The position numbers were made by a program, and so were the translations under genes. From Tubiluchus corallicola (Eukaryota > Animalia > Priapulida), in the NCBI GenBank assembly GCA_030141605.1, contig JAQGDQ010001094.1, positions 1 through 63,351 on the forward strand: 63,351 nt of DNA, read 5' to 3'. Below, piece by piece: positions 1-11,314 of this stretch; position 1 is the stretch's first letter, and every line of letters begins with the position of its first letter. Below the pieces are notes generated by a model, which saw only the letters and a list, made by a program, of their open reading frames with translations, ran no database searches and was not told the DNA's origin.

Positions 1-611
1 TGCTTAAGTCAAGTGGATTATTTAATAGGTCTTTTTTTAGAACATCCAATATATGGTCAGCTATCTTCACTTGGTTTCTGCCCGGGTATTCATATGTTTG
101 ATGTAATACTACAGTTAAGTGGAGAATCCTGTAGTAATCAAACGACACATCCAATCCATCTAAGACGGGGCAACTTTGAGTGTCCACAATTCAGAATTAT
201 ACCAGAATACAGGTAGTACAAGTGATGAGAAAATATATAGTATGGTTTCTGTGTTGAGATTTGGATTTTATAAGATGGTTCTAAGAATATGCAGCCAAGG
301 TTTATAATAATATTTTTCTGCATGCTATGTCAGCTTCAGTACTTGGTGAACATGATATCAAATTATGAGTGGTGCTATGTTGAGTAATGGAAGCACTCAG
401 ATGATGACTCGAATAAGAATGCCGTCTACAATAGACACAATGCTTTATGATGATGCTGATGATTGCAGGATAAACAGCTGAGCAATATTCTAAGGCTCGG
501 CCTGGTCGAGAAGTAATGGAAAAACAATTGCATTCGGTTATTTGTAGCCCACTCTGCTTCTTTTCTTGACACGATGCAAGGATAATGTTAATTAAAATTA
601 ACTCCTTCAGG

Positions 612-1318
612 CAGTGGTGTAACGACCATTGGACAAGGCTGGACAAATACCAGGGGCCCCCAAGGTCTAGGGGCCCCCAAGCCTGACCCTAAAAACATAC
701 AAATTTACAGACAGGAAAATGCGTATTTATTTGGCATTAAATCGCGTACTAATGTTGGCAACCAAAGGGGAACTGACTTCCATTCTGAAGGGTTGCCAGT
801 TGCCACTCTTAGGGATTTTCCCCTAGATCTAGGGATCTGGACTGGGACCCTCCGAGGTCTAGGGGCCCCAAGTCTGACCCTAAAAAATGCACCTTACAAA
901 CATTACTAATTTGGTATAAAAATGCCTAATAATTCTGCCAACCAACAGAGAGCCGACTTCAATAGACATCGGCTATATTATGGACATGTTTGCCTATATT
1001 ATAGTCACTAAGGCTCGATCAGTAAAATTTATGTAGATCAATTTCATTCCCGGGATTTCTACTTGACATACACTGTGTTTGCATTACTTGTTGCCTTATT
1101 TCTATTTTGGTATATCTAACGTAATTTTGTAAACAATTTGCAATGATAATAAAGTTCAATTTCGCTTTTCATTTAATAATTTTTTGTGTTTTATAATAAT
1201 TGCATTACTTCAACACTTTTTTTTACAAAATGAAAAATATGGTCGACATGGGACCTTTGTCCAAGGACCCCCAGCCAAGACTTGTCCAAGGGCCCCCAGT
1301 TTAGTTGTTACGCCACCG
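612..1318. mobile_element. Non-autonomous hAT-type DNA transposon (MITE)
   Basis: Imperfect TIRs CAGTGGTGTAAC...GTTACGCCACCG. Perfect 8-bp TSD CCTTCAGG at 604-611 and 1319-1326. Subterminal GGGCCCC repeats. Confidence 0.85.
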
Positions 1319-1569
1319 CCTTCAGGACCGTAGGATTTCTTACATTTGGCATTTGTTTATGAAAAAATGCTTTCACTAAGCAGCAGTTCAAACATGTTAA
1401 ACACATGTAGGTTTCTACTCTTGATATGATAGACTTTCATGCAAAATTATATAGTGCATTTGTTTGCCTTAGACAAATTAGAAATCAATTTTTGACGAAG
1501 AAAATCGGAAAGTTTTCGGCAACTATATCGTTTGCACCCTAACAATGTACAGTATCACTTGTATGAAAT

Positions 1570-1985
1570 CAGTTAATGCAGAATTTCAACTATCCAGACA
1601 CCAACTACCAAAGACTGTCTAGGCTTTGTCCTCAAATCTACTCTATCTACGGAAGCTGTTTAACTTTTCATATGATACGAGCGCTAGATATATTTCTACT
1701 AGACTTAATATTATTTATTTTGATGTGATTCACAGAAAATGTGCATACAGTTTACACGTCAGGCTGAATAAGAGTGAAAATTTTATATGCAAGAACATTT
1801 TAAACAGTGATGTAAACTTTACTTCTGTAATTAGACGTCATTGGCGTAGTTTGTTATATCATTAATTGTTATTTGTGTTATTGTTGTGTGTCATGATTTA
1901 TTGTATTATTTGTATTAATTTGTGATGTGTATATGAACTTTGTAAAGCTTGAAATAAAATATTAAATCAAAAATCAAATCAAATT
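1570..1985 (+). mobile_element. Probable degenerate LINE 3' end
   Basis: Decayed coding-like segment, then a TG/AT-rich UTR, AATAAA and an (AAATC)n-like tail near 1954-1985. Boundaries are approximate. Confidence 0.3.
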
Positions 1986-2725
1986 TATTTTTATGGATGA
2001 ATTGCTGTCAGAAGATGAGGCAACCTTAATTTTTCTTTGGCTGATGGACTAGTTTTGCCTGGAGTAGCAGCTGAACTCTGTAAAATCAGTCAGTTGCCGT
2101 GTCAACCCAGTTATTGTTTTAGTCTTTCTGCTGCCACATGTAGAATTAAGCACCAAAAATTATTGTGGTGAATTATATTAAAGATTTTCCTGCTTTGAAC
2201 AGTTGTTATTCTTAGCAAAAATAAGATTTCAGGAAAAATTATAGATTTCAGTACAGTATCATAGGTATTTTGTGACTGCCACATGGAAGCTTGCACAATG
2301 AATAAATTTAGAAAATTACTGTGTGTTACAATAATTCTTAATAAAAATCTACTGTAATTAAACAAACTTTTGTAACTGCAATCAGACCGTAGGATTTCCT
2401 ACATCGAGATGAAATTTTAACCTATGCCTAATGAGTGAATTTTCTGAAACATATTTACATTTCCTAGTACAATGTAGCATTGTATTTGTATGCTCCTTAA
2501 TCAAGCACATTGGTGAAGGTGAACAACTTCTGCTCACATGTTTGCAAGGCTGCAAATTTTCTTAGCAAAGAATGCATTTAGATGACATCTTAGATGCACA
2601 CTCTGTGAAGTTCTTAGGCTATGTAGGCAGCAACAGTGTTTAGTAGTTTCTCAAGGATATGTGCCTAATATGCAATTGGAGATAACACTAGTAAATTGCA
2701 CTTTCAAACTTTTTCTAAATGTTTC

Positions 2726-3082
2726 TGTTGTGGAGATCGCTGGCATCTATTAGAATCACATAGAACATTGTAGAATGTTCCGTCACAATAATTGTCTTAC
2801 CGTGTGGAATGTTCTGGAACAAAACTTCTAGAAGCTTCTCGGGCACGCTATATAAAGCGAAGCAGGCTGCTGAGACGAGAGCACACGGATTCACATGGAT
2901 GCCACTTACACATTCTCTTGTATACTTGCATTTTCAGATACACTCAAACGTTTTCCAGATTTTCCCGTTTAGTGTAAACATTTCGCATTCCTTCATACTT
3001 TTGTTTTGTAGAATTCTCACTTAATAAACTAGTTGAATCTGTGTTTTCTCTACGAGCCTTCCGAGAGAAACAAAACACAACA
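2726..3082 (+). mobile_element. Solo LTR (357 bp; 5-bp TSD, BEL/Pao- or Copia-like)
   Basis: Termini TGTTGTG...CACAACA. Perfect TSD GTTTC at 2721-2725 and 3083-3087. Internal TATATAAA near 2849 and AATAAA near 3023 on +. Confidence 0.85.
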
Positions 3083-3306
3083 GTTTCTTCAACTTTACAG
3101 CAATTCATCATTTCAGATTGTCCACACAGTTCCTGCGTCTATTTCTTTTCCTTCCACAGTATAAATTTAAATTTCACTTTTAGCTGTATATTAAATTTTT
3201 GTGGAGTATTTTTCAGTGTTTTTCATGGCAAGTTGTCAGCATATTTTCTGCTCATTATAGTGCATAAGTCGGAAGTGTGAACTTTACGAAAAGAAGGTAA
3301 ATTTCA

Positions 3307-5486
3307 ATGGCTGCTAGCAGTTGCCTTTTGCCTAAACTCACAACAAAAAAAGAAGTTGATGATGCAATTATGTCAACAGAGGAGTTGGTTTTGGTTCTCC
3401 GTTTTGGCAAAGAATCGGATCCGGTCTGCTTACAGCTGGACAACATTGTAAGTTTCTGTCAGTCATAATTAGCGTTTGACTTTTTTTTACAAAGATTGGA
3501 TGCAGTTCGATTAAGCTAACTGGTAATCAAAGAATGTCTAGTGGTACTTTATTGGAATTTTCTGTCCTTGTGTTAGTGCTAGGCATTGTCCTTGTGTTAG
3601 TGTTAGGCATCATTCGTATAACTTTCAAGACATTTTTATTAGAGACAATTCTTTTAGTTAGAGATTCATATTTTTATGGTATCAAGGCAGAAATATGCTT
3701 AGCAACAGATTCTGTCTCTATGTTTGTAATCTGTGTCAGTAAAAAGTTGTTGTTGGCATTCTTCTGTCTCGGAAGACAATGGAGTTTGCGCCAAGAGAGT
3801 CAGTTATTGATCACATCGATGGAGCTGCAGCGTCGACTGTGGCTGAGCAGTGCGATCCTTGAACGTCTCCAGGGCGCACGCCTGGGCAAGGTGTATGGAG
3901 ATCCTGAGTTGCCCAGACAACAGGAACCCCCTCTCTTCCTCCCTGGTGTAGTCCAAAGGAAAGCGGAGCGATACGTTTGGCACCAGGTTGGCTGCAGGAG
4001 CTGCCGGAGTCAGTGAGCATGCTGCACTGGTCCGCCTTCGGGGCTCCACTCCTGATCTGGAAGGTTTACTCCTCTATACATGGCCTTTGGGTCACTTGAC
4101 CTCCTCCGCCCTCTAGCCATTGGCTGTTTGTGCAACTCCTCCGCCTAGTGTCGAGATACAATGTGGGCATCCCGCAAGCCTACAGCACCTGGTATTCCTA
4201 GGCGGTCACCCATCCAAGTACTAACCAGGCTCGACATTGCTTAACTTCGGCGTTCAGACAAGAACCGGTGTTTTCAACGTGATATGGCCTTAGATTACAG
4301 TATATGGCAGTAAAAAGTACTGAACCGTATAAAATGTGGCTATTGCTATAAACTTAAATTATACTAAACTTTACATTATAGTTGGAAAAGACAAGTGAAG
4401 CATTGCGCAACATGGCGCGTATATACACAGTAGAGGTGACAGCAGTCCCCGTTTACACACGGTATTTTGACATAACACTTATTCCAGCGACGGTGTTCTT
4501 CTTCAACACTGAACATATGAAAGTGGATTGGGGGTAAGTTCAATCTAAGTTAATTCTTCGTATGCTAGTAGGATAGTAAAACAAGCAACTGACCTAAATT
4601 GCAAAATGCTTGAAATTAATTAAATTCTGAGGAAGAAACAAATTCGACCTTTTTACGGCTTGGGTTTGCTTGCCACAAACCAAAGTTGCTGTACAATGAA
4701 ACAAGCCTATGTAAAACTGTTAAAAAATTAATGATTTTGTTGATTTATTTTGATACTATTTTTTATAAAGCTATTATTACTAATTATACTAGCAAAGGCC
4801 CCGCAAAAAATTTTGCGTATAAATACATGTATAATCAAAAATACGCGAACATCCTAAATAGTCCTCATTTATAACGCAAAGCCAGTAGCAGCAGCTTTTT
4901 CTGAATTAAAGCTATAGGCAGAGTATAATGGATGACGTCAGAACAATGGTTTTGCGTCAGCAGTTTTCCGAAAAAGCGAATATTGTCAAAAATAGAACAT
5001 GTAATTAACAGTATTAACTCATCGGTACTGCTTTTGGTGGACGTGTCCTAAAATATAGCCCACATCATCGTGTAGCCCTGTCCTTCCTCTTTCTAAAGAG
5101 CTACATATCTCCTTTCGAGAGTCCCACCAGGCACCGCTAGAAGGTTTTTGCTGCATGCTGTTTGGTCAAAATTTCGAAAAAATCGCGAGTTGGGTCCAGG
5201 AAAACGCCCGTTACGGGACGCCGTGACCCTCTCGCAAATTCTAAATATGCCTATGACACCCACTGCTGAACGGGCTATCTATCCATAGCTGGCACCACCC
5301 ATGGCCCGTTCCCGTTCTCCAGATCTCAGACGTATAACTTTCGCAAAAAACGGCCAAAAAATGACCGTTTTTGGAGGTTTTTTTGCCACCCGTTCGTCCC
5401 GGTGGGCCCGATTAAAAAAATAAACCCCCAATGGCACGGTATAGATTGCCGCAAATGGTGCCGCCGTCGGAGCTGTAGCCTCGAAT

Positions 5487-5521
<35 letters not shown>

Positions 5522-6096
5522 CATACCAGTAGAATTAATATATACGACTAGCAAAGGCCCCGCAAAAAATTTTGCTTATAAATACACGTATAATCAACAA
5601 TGCACGAACGTCTTACCTAGTGTTCGTTTACTTACCTAACGCAAAGCCAGCAGCAATTAAAGCTATAAGTTTATAAGCAGAGTATAATGGATGACGGCAG
5701 AACAATGGCTTTGCGTCAGCAGTTTTCCAAGTGAAAATTGCCGAAAATAGAACATCTAATTAACTCATCGGCACTCCACTTGGTGGACGTGTCCTAACAT
5801 ATAGCCCAGATCATCGTGTAGCCCTGTTCTTCCTCGTTCTAAAGAAATCTTATATGAATCTTATATATATATAAATAAATATATATACTAGTAGAATTAA
5901 TATATACGATAGTGTGTGCTTATTTTGCAGAACACCTGATCACACTAAATTTATAGGAAGCTTCAGGAACAAGCAAGATTTCATTGATGTCGTGGAAGTG
6001 ATTTATCGTGGTGCCATGAAAGGAAAACTGAAAGTGGAGAGTCCACTGGATCCTAACAGCATACCCAAATACGAGTTACTATACATGGAGTACTGA
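3307..6096 (+). CDS. TXNL4B: Thioredoxin-like protein 4B (Dim2), spliceosomal tri-snRNP protein; 3 coding exons
   Basis: Exons 3307-3447, 4382-4533 and 5931-6096, GT-AG, phases 0 and 2. Translation [66 protein letters not shown]...[45 protein letters not shown]...[10 protein letters not shown] matches the Dim2 paralog along its length. Confidence 0.96.
3746..4295 (-). mobile_element. 5S rRNA-derived SINE (SINE3-type), full length, in TXNL4B intron 1
   Basis: 5S-like head at about 4176-4295 on - (GGCCATATCACGTTGAAAACACCGG...AGTACTTGGATGGGTGACCGCC). Body is shared with the 55557 copy; short (CAA)n tail. Candidate TSD CAGTAAAAAGT at 3737-3747 and 4308-4318. Confidence 0.9.
4789..5909 (-). mobile_element. 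Head-to-tail dimer of a non-autonomous Helitron (4789-5547 and internally deleted 5548-5909)
   Basis: On - each unit starts TC, ends with a GCAAAATTTTTTGC hairpin followed by CTAG, and has a (TA)n tract near the 5' end. The dimer sits between host A and T with no TSD. The junction reads CTAG|TC. Confidence 0.85.
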
Positions 6097-6390
6097 ATAA
6101 AAGAACCCTTAGGTACACAACCACTCATAACTGTGATGGAAGATTGCTGCAATAGACTGACGGTGTGACCAATTCAGAGAGAAGGATACTTTAAACTGGT
6201 CGCCAACTGATGCAGAAGTGATTACGCTGTATTAACTATAAGTGAAATAAGTTATTGTAGCGTTTGGCCAGGACAGGTTACATCAAATTGAGAAACTTTA
6301 AGAAGGCCGTACTGTATGAGTGAAAGAATTGGCAGTAGCTCCATTAACTGCCGGAGTGAGTATGAAGCCATGACTGTAAAAACCACAGTA

Positions 6391-6607
6391 TGGTTGGCAT
6401 CCTTCTGTCTCGGAAGACAATGGAATGTGCGCCAAGAGAGTCAGTTATTGATCACATTGATGGAGCTGCAGCGTCGACTGAGGCTGAACTGTGCGATCCT
6501 TCAACGTCTCCAGGGCGCACGCCTGGGCAAGGTGTATGGAGATTCTGAGTTGCCCGAACAACAGGAACCCCCTCTCTTTCTCCCAAGGGAAAGCGGAGCG
6601 ATACGTT
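6391..6607 (-). mobile_element. 3' fragment of the 5S-derived SINE
   Basis: Near-identical to 3753-3977, with a small internal deletion and no 5S head. Confidence 0.85.
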
Positions 6608-7685
6608 ACGCCACAGTAACCCTATAGATTAATCTACAGGGTATATTTTTCTCAGAAAGTTTGTGTAGCAGTAGTTGGTACACAATTGCAAAACTACATC
6701 CTAGCTCATTGAACTCCATTTGCTATTTCATTAACGCTGTATGCACACAATGTGTAGTATTATACACGTTTAGTCCAGAATAAATAGGGTTAAAACAATT
6801 TTTAACGGACATATAATGTGTAGGGCGAAACAATTTAGAAACTAAATTAATGGCTTTTATCTGCATGCTACAGTGAATAAAATCACTAGATTTTCCTCTT
6901 TTTTCCTCAGAATCATATGTTCCGGCATTTTCATTTACTTATTAGTATGTGTGAAAGTCATTTTTGAAGTTGCTGTTCGGTCACTTTGTTATGATTGAGT
7001 TTAGGCACAGAGAAGTATGAATAGGAACCAAAAATCTATAATAAATATTTGCACTGCACACAACAGAAAAGTATTTATTAAACTACAGAAAACATGAGTA
7101 GCAAAACTGCTGCACTGAACATTGAGCAAAAACTAGAAAGCAAAAACAGTCAGTAAAACCTGTTTCACAGCCAGTATACAGGTATAGAACTTGACCTATG
7201 CAGACTTGCACAGGCTTCACAACAAACCATTAATTTTAGATAGGGAGAGGAGCATTGTGTATGTAGTCACTGGACCATACAATTATACTGAAGGTTAGTC
7301 AGCTGGTAGAATGTAACAGGATTAGCACATAGATGGCAGCACCTAACTACAATGTACAATTCCAACTTCCACAGTATGTTAGGTTTGCAAGTCTTTTACA
7401 GAGTATTACAGTTAAATAAAATGTTTTGCAAAAGCCTCTTTATTGGCTGAGCAGAATAACGATGCTTGACCACTTTTGAGTTTTAAAGATGATTATGACA
7501 TTGTCTGGCATTTTGAACAAAATCTGTAGATCTCATTTATTTTTATGATTTCAATTTACAGTTACAATATTGTATTACACTTATTGCTGGTTTAACTTGC
7601 TTTTAACATTCAGGCATCTGAAGTGCTACTTGAAAATCCTGATCTCCACATCATATCATTGTTCAACAGTCTTTTTTGTTGTAAT

Positions 7686-8016
7686 CATCATCCAATGAAT
7701 CACACGTCCAGTGACATGATTCTGCTCACCTCCCAACGCCAGGACTCCCTGCTCGCCGCAATGCCCCAAGTGGATTTATTTCTAAGGATCAATGCTGAAG
7801 TGTTTAAATCTTTCTGTGCAAAATCTAAATACGTTAACATTTGTCCTCCTGCAGGTTTTTTAGCTGGTTCTATGGCTTGTTGAAGAGCTATCTTCACTGG
7901 AATATCATCAGGCAGTCTAAGCATATGCCCAATCCATCTTACACGGCGTCTTTTTATTTTTCTAGTCCAAGGTTCTTCTTTTATTTTTTCATATAGATCT
8001 TTGTTTGAAATTTTCT
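7686..8016 (-). mobile_element. RTE-like LINE 3' fragment (degenerate RT-upstream remnants may extend to about 8500)
   Basis: ORF end ...[34 protein letters not shown]..., (GAT)n tail, same family as 15401 and 30661. KSLTNNKSPGAGQLNAKLVKYG is readable on - near 8355-8420. Confidence 0.8.
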
Positions 8017-8608
8017 TTTTTGTTACATTATTCATGATCCTTCAATTTCTCATGTTTTTACATTTATTGACATTAATTCCAGGCAAATTCTTTGTGTCGC
8101 AAGTTAATCACCGGGAAAGAACATTTTTTTTGTCTTCAACTTTCCGGCTCTGAATCAGTGGTGTCACGTTATTGTTTTTTTCATGTTTAATCAGAAAGGA
8201 GAGTGCAAAAGAGCGGACTGAGTGAATTCCCACTTAGCACTGAGCAGAGTCCTTTGAGGTCAAGCAAACTTTAATATCCCTAGCGTTAATAGTATTATTT
8301 GCGGGAAATGTGCATGTTTTTGAAATATTGTGCTGAATGTCAGCGATTTCTGATCCATACTTGACCAACTTTGCATTTAATTGACCAGCGCCCGGGCTTT
8401 TGTTGTTTGTCAATGATTTTGCTGCATGCGTGCGTGCTTTACTCCCTTAGTAAACGGAACTTTCACTGGGTAGTGGTCCTTTTAATACCAGCTGCATTTT
8501 CATCGTTAAACATCTTTTGAACAAATTCTTGTAGGACTTCAATTTCCTGCTTAGCATCAGTAATTAAACCATCAGTAATTAAATCATAGTAATATTCCAT
8601 AGCTTTAT

Positions 8609-11241
8609 TTACACCGTTTCCTCCTCTTCATCACTAAAATATTCGTTCTTTTTAAACTTTTTTCGTTGCGCATTGCTCTCCACAGAAGAAGATGCATTAT
8701 ACTCTCCTGTCATCACTTTATATCGATACTCCTCCTCCTCCATCTTTCTTTGCTAGAAACAGAAAAATAGAAACTAAATTTCTTTCTACCTTAAAGCACA
8801 AGAAAACCCTCCGCTTACATACTGCCTTTTTGCATGTAGGACTTTAATCGGCAGTAACGCTGTATAAAACATGTAAATTTAAACTTCCGCGATGACCGTA
8901 GGTCATTTGAAACAAGTTTTGATAACATTGTGTAAAGTTTGAAAAAATAATCAGAGCTTTCGTAGCATACACATGTTGCTAATTAAGTAAAATTTTTAAT
9001 TGCTGCATCTTGTCAATAAGATTAAAAATACGTTTTTGGTTAGTGAGCGGCGCACCCTGGAGGGTGAGTCAGCGACATTTTACCAATTGGCACAAACATT
9101 TTAAACTATTAGTCTAGTTACATAAGTCTTTCCAATAGGCACGCGATAAACCAAGTAATATAGATTTGCACGGAAAGTTTTTTGAGTCATAATCTAACAT
9201 TCTTCCCCTGATTTACGTGGCGTAGTGACGTCATGTAATGGCGCCGTTGAAACAGTATTGCGGGAGATTTAAAATGCAAACAAATGAAAATTGCTTTCAA
9301 AGCGAATACGATATGCGCATAAAATTGCCGTAACGTGAAATAATTTTTTAAGGCGATTTTTCTGAAACTTACTTCAGGCACCCCTTTTCTTGTCCCTTAA
9401 GTAAGCACACTGTAACAACAAAACCAAAGACGTTTTATTAAACCCCAATTTTATTAAAGGTGACTGTGGTCTCTCAACAGAACACGCATGACACGCTGCT
9501 CTAAATTCCATTTGTTTATCAACTTTTTGGTGCAAATATTGTCTGCCCTGTTGCTAATTTGTAAAACTCCAAGCATTGTCGTTGGAATGTTAAGACGAAG
9601 TCGGGCTCAAACCTATTTCCAACAAAAGTTTGCTCTTCAAAAAAGTGGTGCTGATAATAACAGCTTCAATTGAAATACAACGTATACAGTCAATTCTTGA
9701 TAATGTGATTCAGAAGAATGCAAATCTTTACTATACTGAATTTCAAATGAACTGACTAGTGCTTGTGGCGCACGGATAACCTTCAATCGAATAAAAAATA
9801 CCACCAGAACAGCTGATTCCACCGAGTAATATAAACAACAAATTCTAAAAGCGCAGACTAAAGGTTACTCGATGAAGGCAGCTAGAGCGTTATTCTGTTG
9901 CTTTAGTGTAGCTTCTGAGTGCAGATTTAGTGGCAATATTATTTTATTATTAGGTGCTTTACTATAGGTAGTTAATGTTTATCATTCAGCCACTGACGAA
10001 AATGTGCATCTGATCACACTCAACTAACTTTGCCCTGCCGTACTAAAACAATGATGAATTTAAGACTCGCATCAACTGAACTTTTAAGCATTATTAAAGT
10101 TGTTTTAGTTTGACTTAATAAGTTATAAGTTTATTTATTTCCACTCTGCATCTAACAGTTATAATAAAAAACAGATAATTTCACTGAAGTAAATATAAAT
10201 ATAAATGCAATATTATCCAGAAATTTCAAAAGAGATTCTTATGCAGCATATACTTGTGCAAATTACATTACAGAATAATTTTGATGCATACAGTTTGAGC
10301 CTAAAAGCAGTAATAACCGACAAGATGCAGTAATTCTTTGCTACCTTTTACAGCTAAATTTACCTGATACATGATGGCAGCACTCAAACTATCCTCTTCT
10401 AGTTCATCTTCATGGTTGTCTTCAGACGTGTTGCCGCCATCATCACTATGACTGCAATGACAAGTGCAACGTCAAACCATAATTACTATAACAATGTAAA
10501 AAATAAAATAAAAATAACGATATAGCAAAATGGAGCACAGAAATTCCCGCACCAGCATAACAATAACACTTTCAAATCAATTTTAGTTTGAAGTTACTGT
10601 ACATATGCAAGTTGTGATGGTGAATTTATTGTACTAATTTACCTGTTACGTGCAGCTTACCTGCATATAAACATGAGGATTAACCCTTTTAGTCGCAAAT
10701 TATTTTTTAATAAGAAAATTTTTTTTGGCCTGGTACTTTTGTTCAGTATGTCCATCTTGTTTACACAATAATTATTTTTTTCTACCTGTGCCCGCGTGCT
10801 GAATATAGCCTGTATCCCACGGGATACATTGGGATTCCATGGAAGCAAAAAATGTGCTTCATTTTGCAACTGTTGATAATTTTTTAAAGTATTTAAGACA
10901 TTTAGTATGCACGCTATGCTGATCTGTACAAAGTCATCTCTAAAGTACTGTACCTTGAGCAGTTTTCTATGCTATGTAGATTTTCTAGTTTGCCATTTTA
11001 TCACCATTTTTAGTCTAATGTTATTGGCTTAAATCAAAATAACTATTAACAGATCAAATAACTGTCAGTTTTAAAATTTCATTAATTTTAAAGGCAGAGA
11101 ATATTCTCGTATCCCACGGGATACAACGGGCATGAAAGGGTTAATGATCACATAAGTTGCACGTGGAACGCAAAAACATTTATGCACATATGATAAGACT
11201 TGTGTGGTTGGAAGACACCAAATAGATATGAGTTATGTTTC

Positions 11242-11275
<34 letters not shown>

Positions 11276-11281
11276 GCTCTT

Positions 11282-11314
<33 letters not shown>

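Noticed and set aside
13-2620. A gene divergent from TXNL4B (ORF 302-646; exon-like stretch near 1990-2080)
   Set aside because: No recognisable protein motif or phase-consistent exon chain; the region is mostly repeat remnants.
3534-4049. 160-aa and 81-aa ORFs, with relatives at 6316 and 55801
   Set aside because: They lie in the GC-rich SINE body and show no protein family signature.
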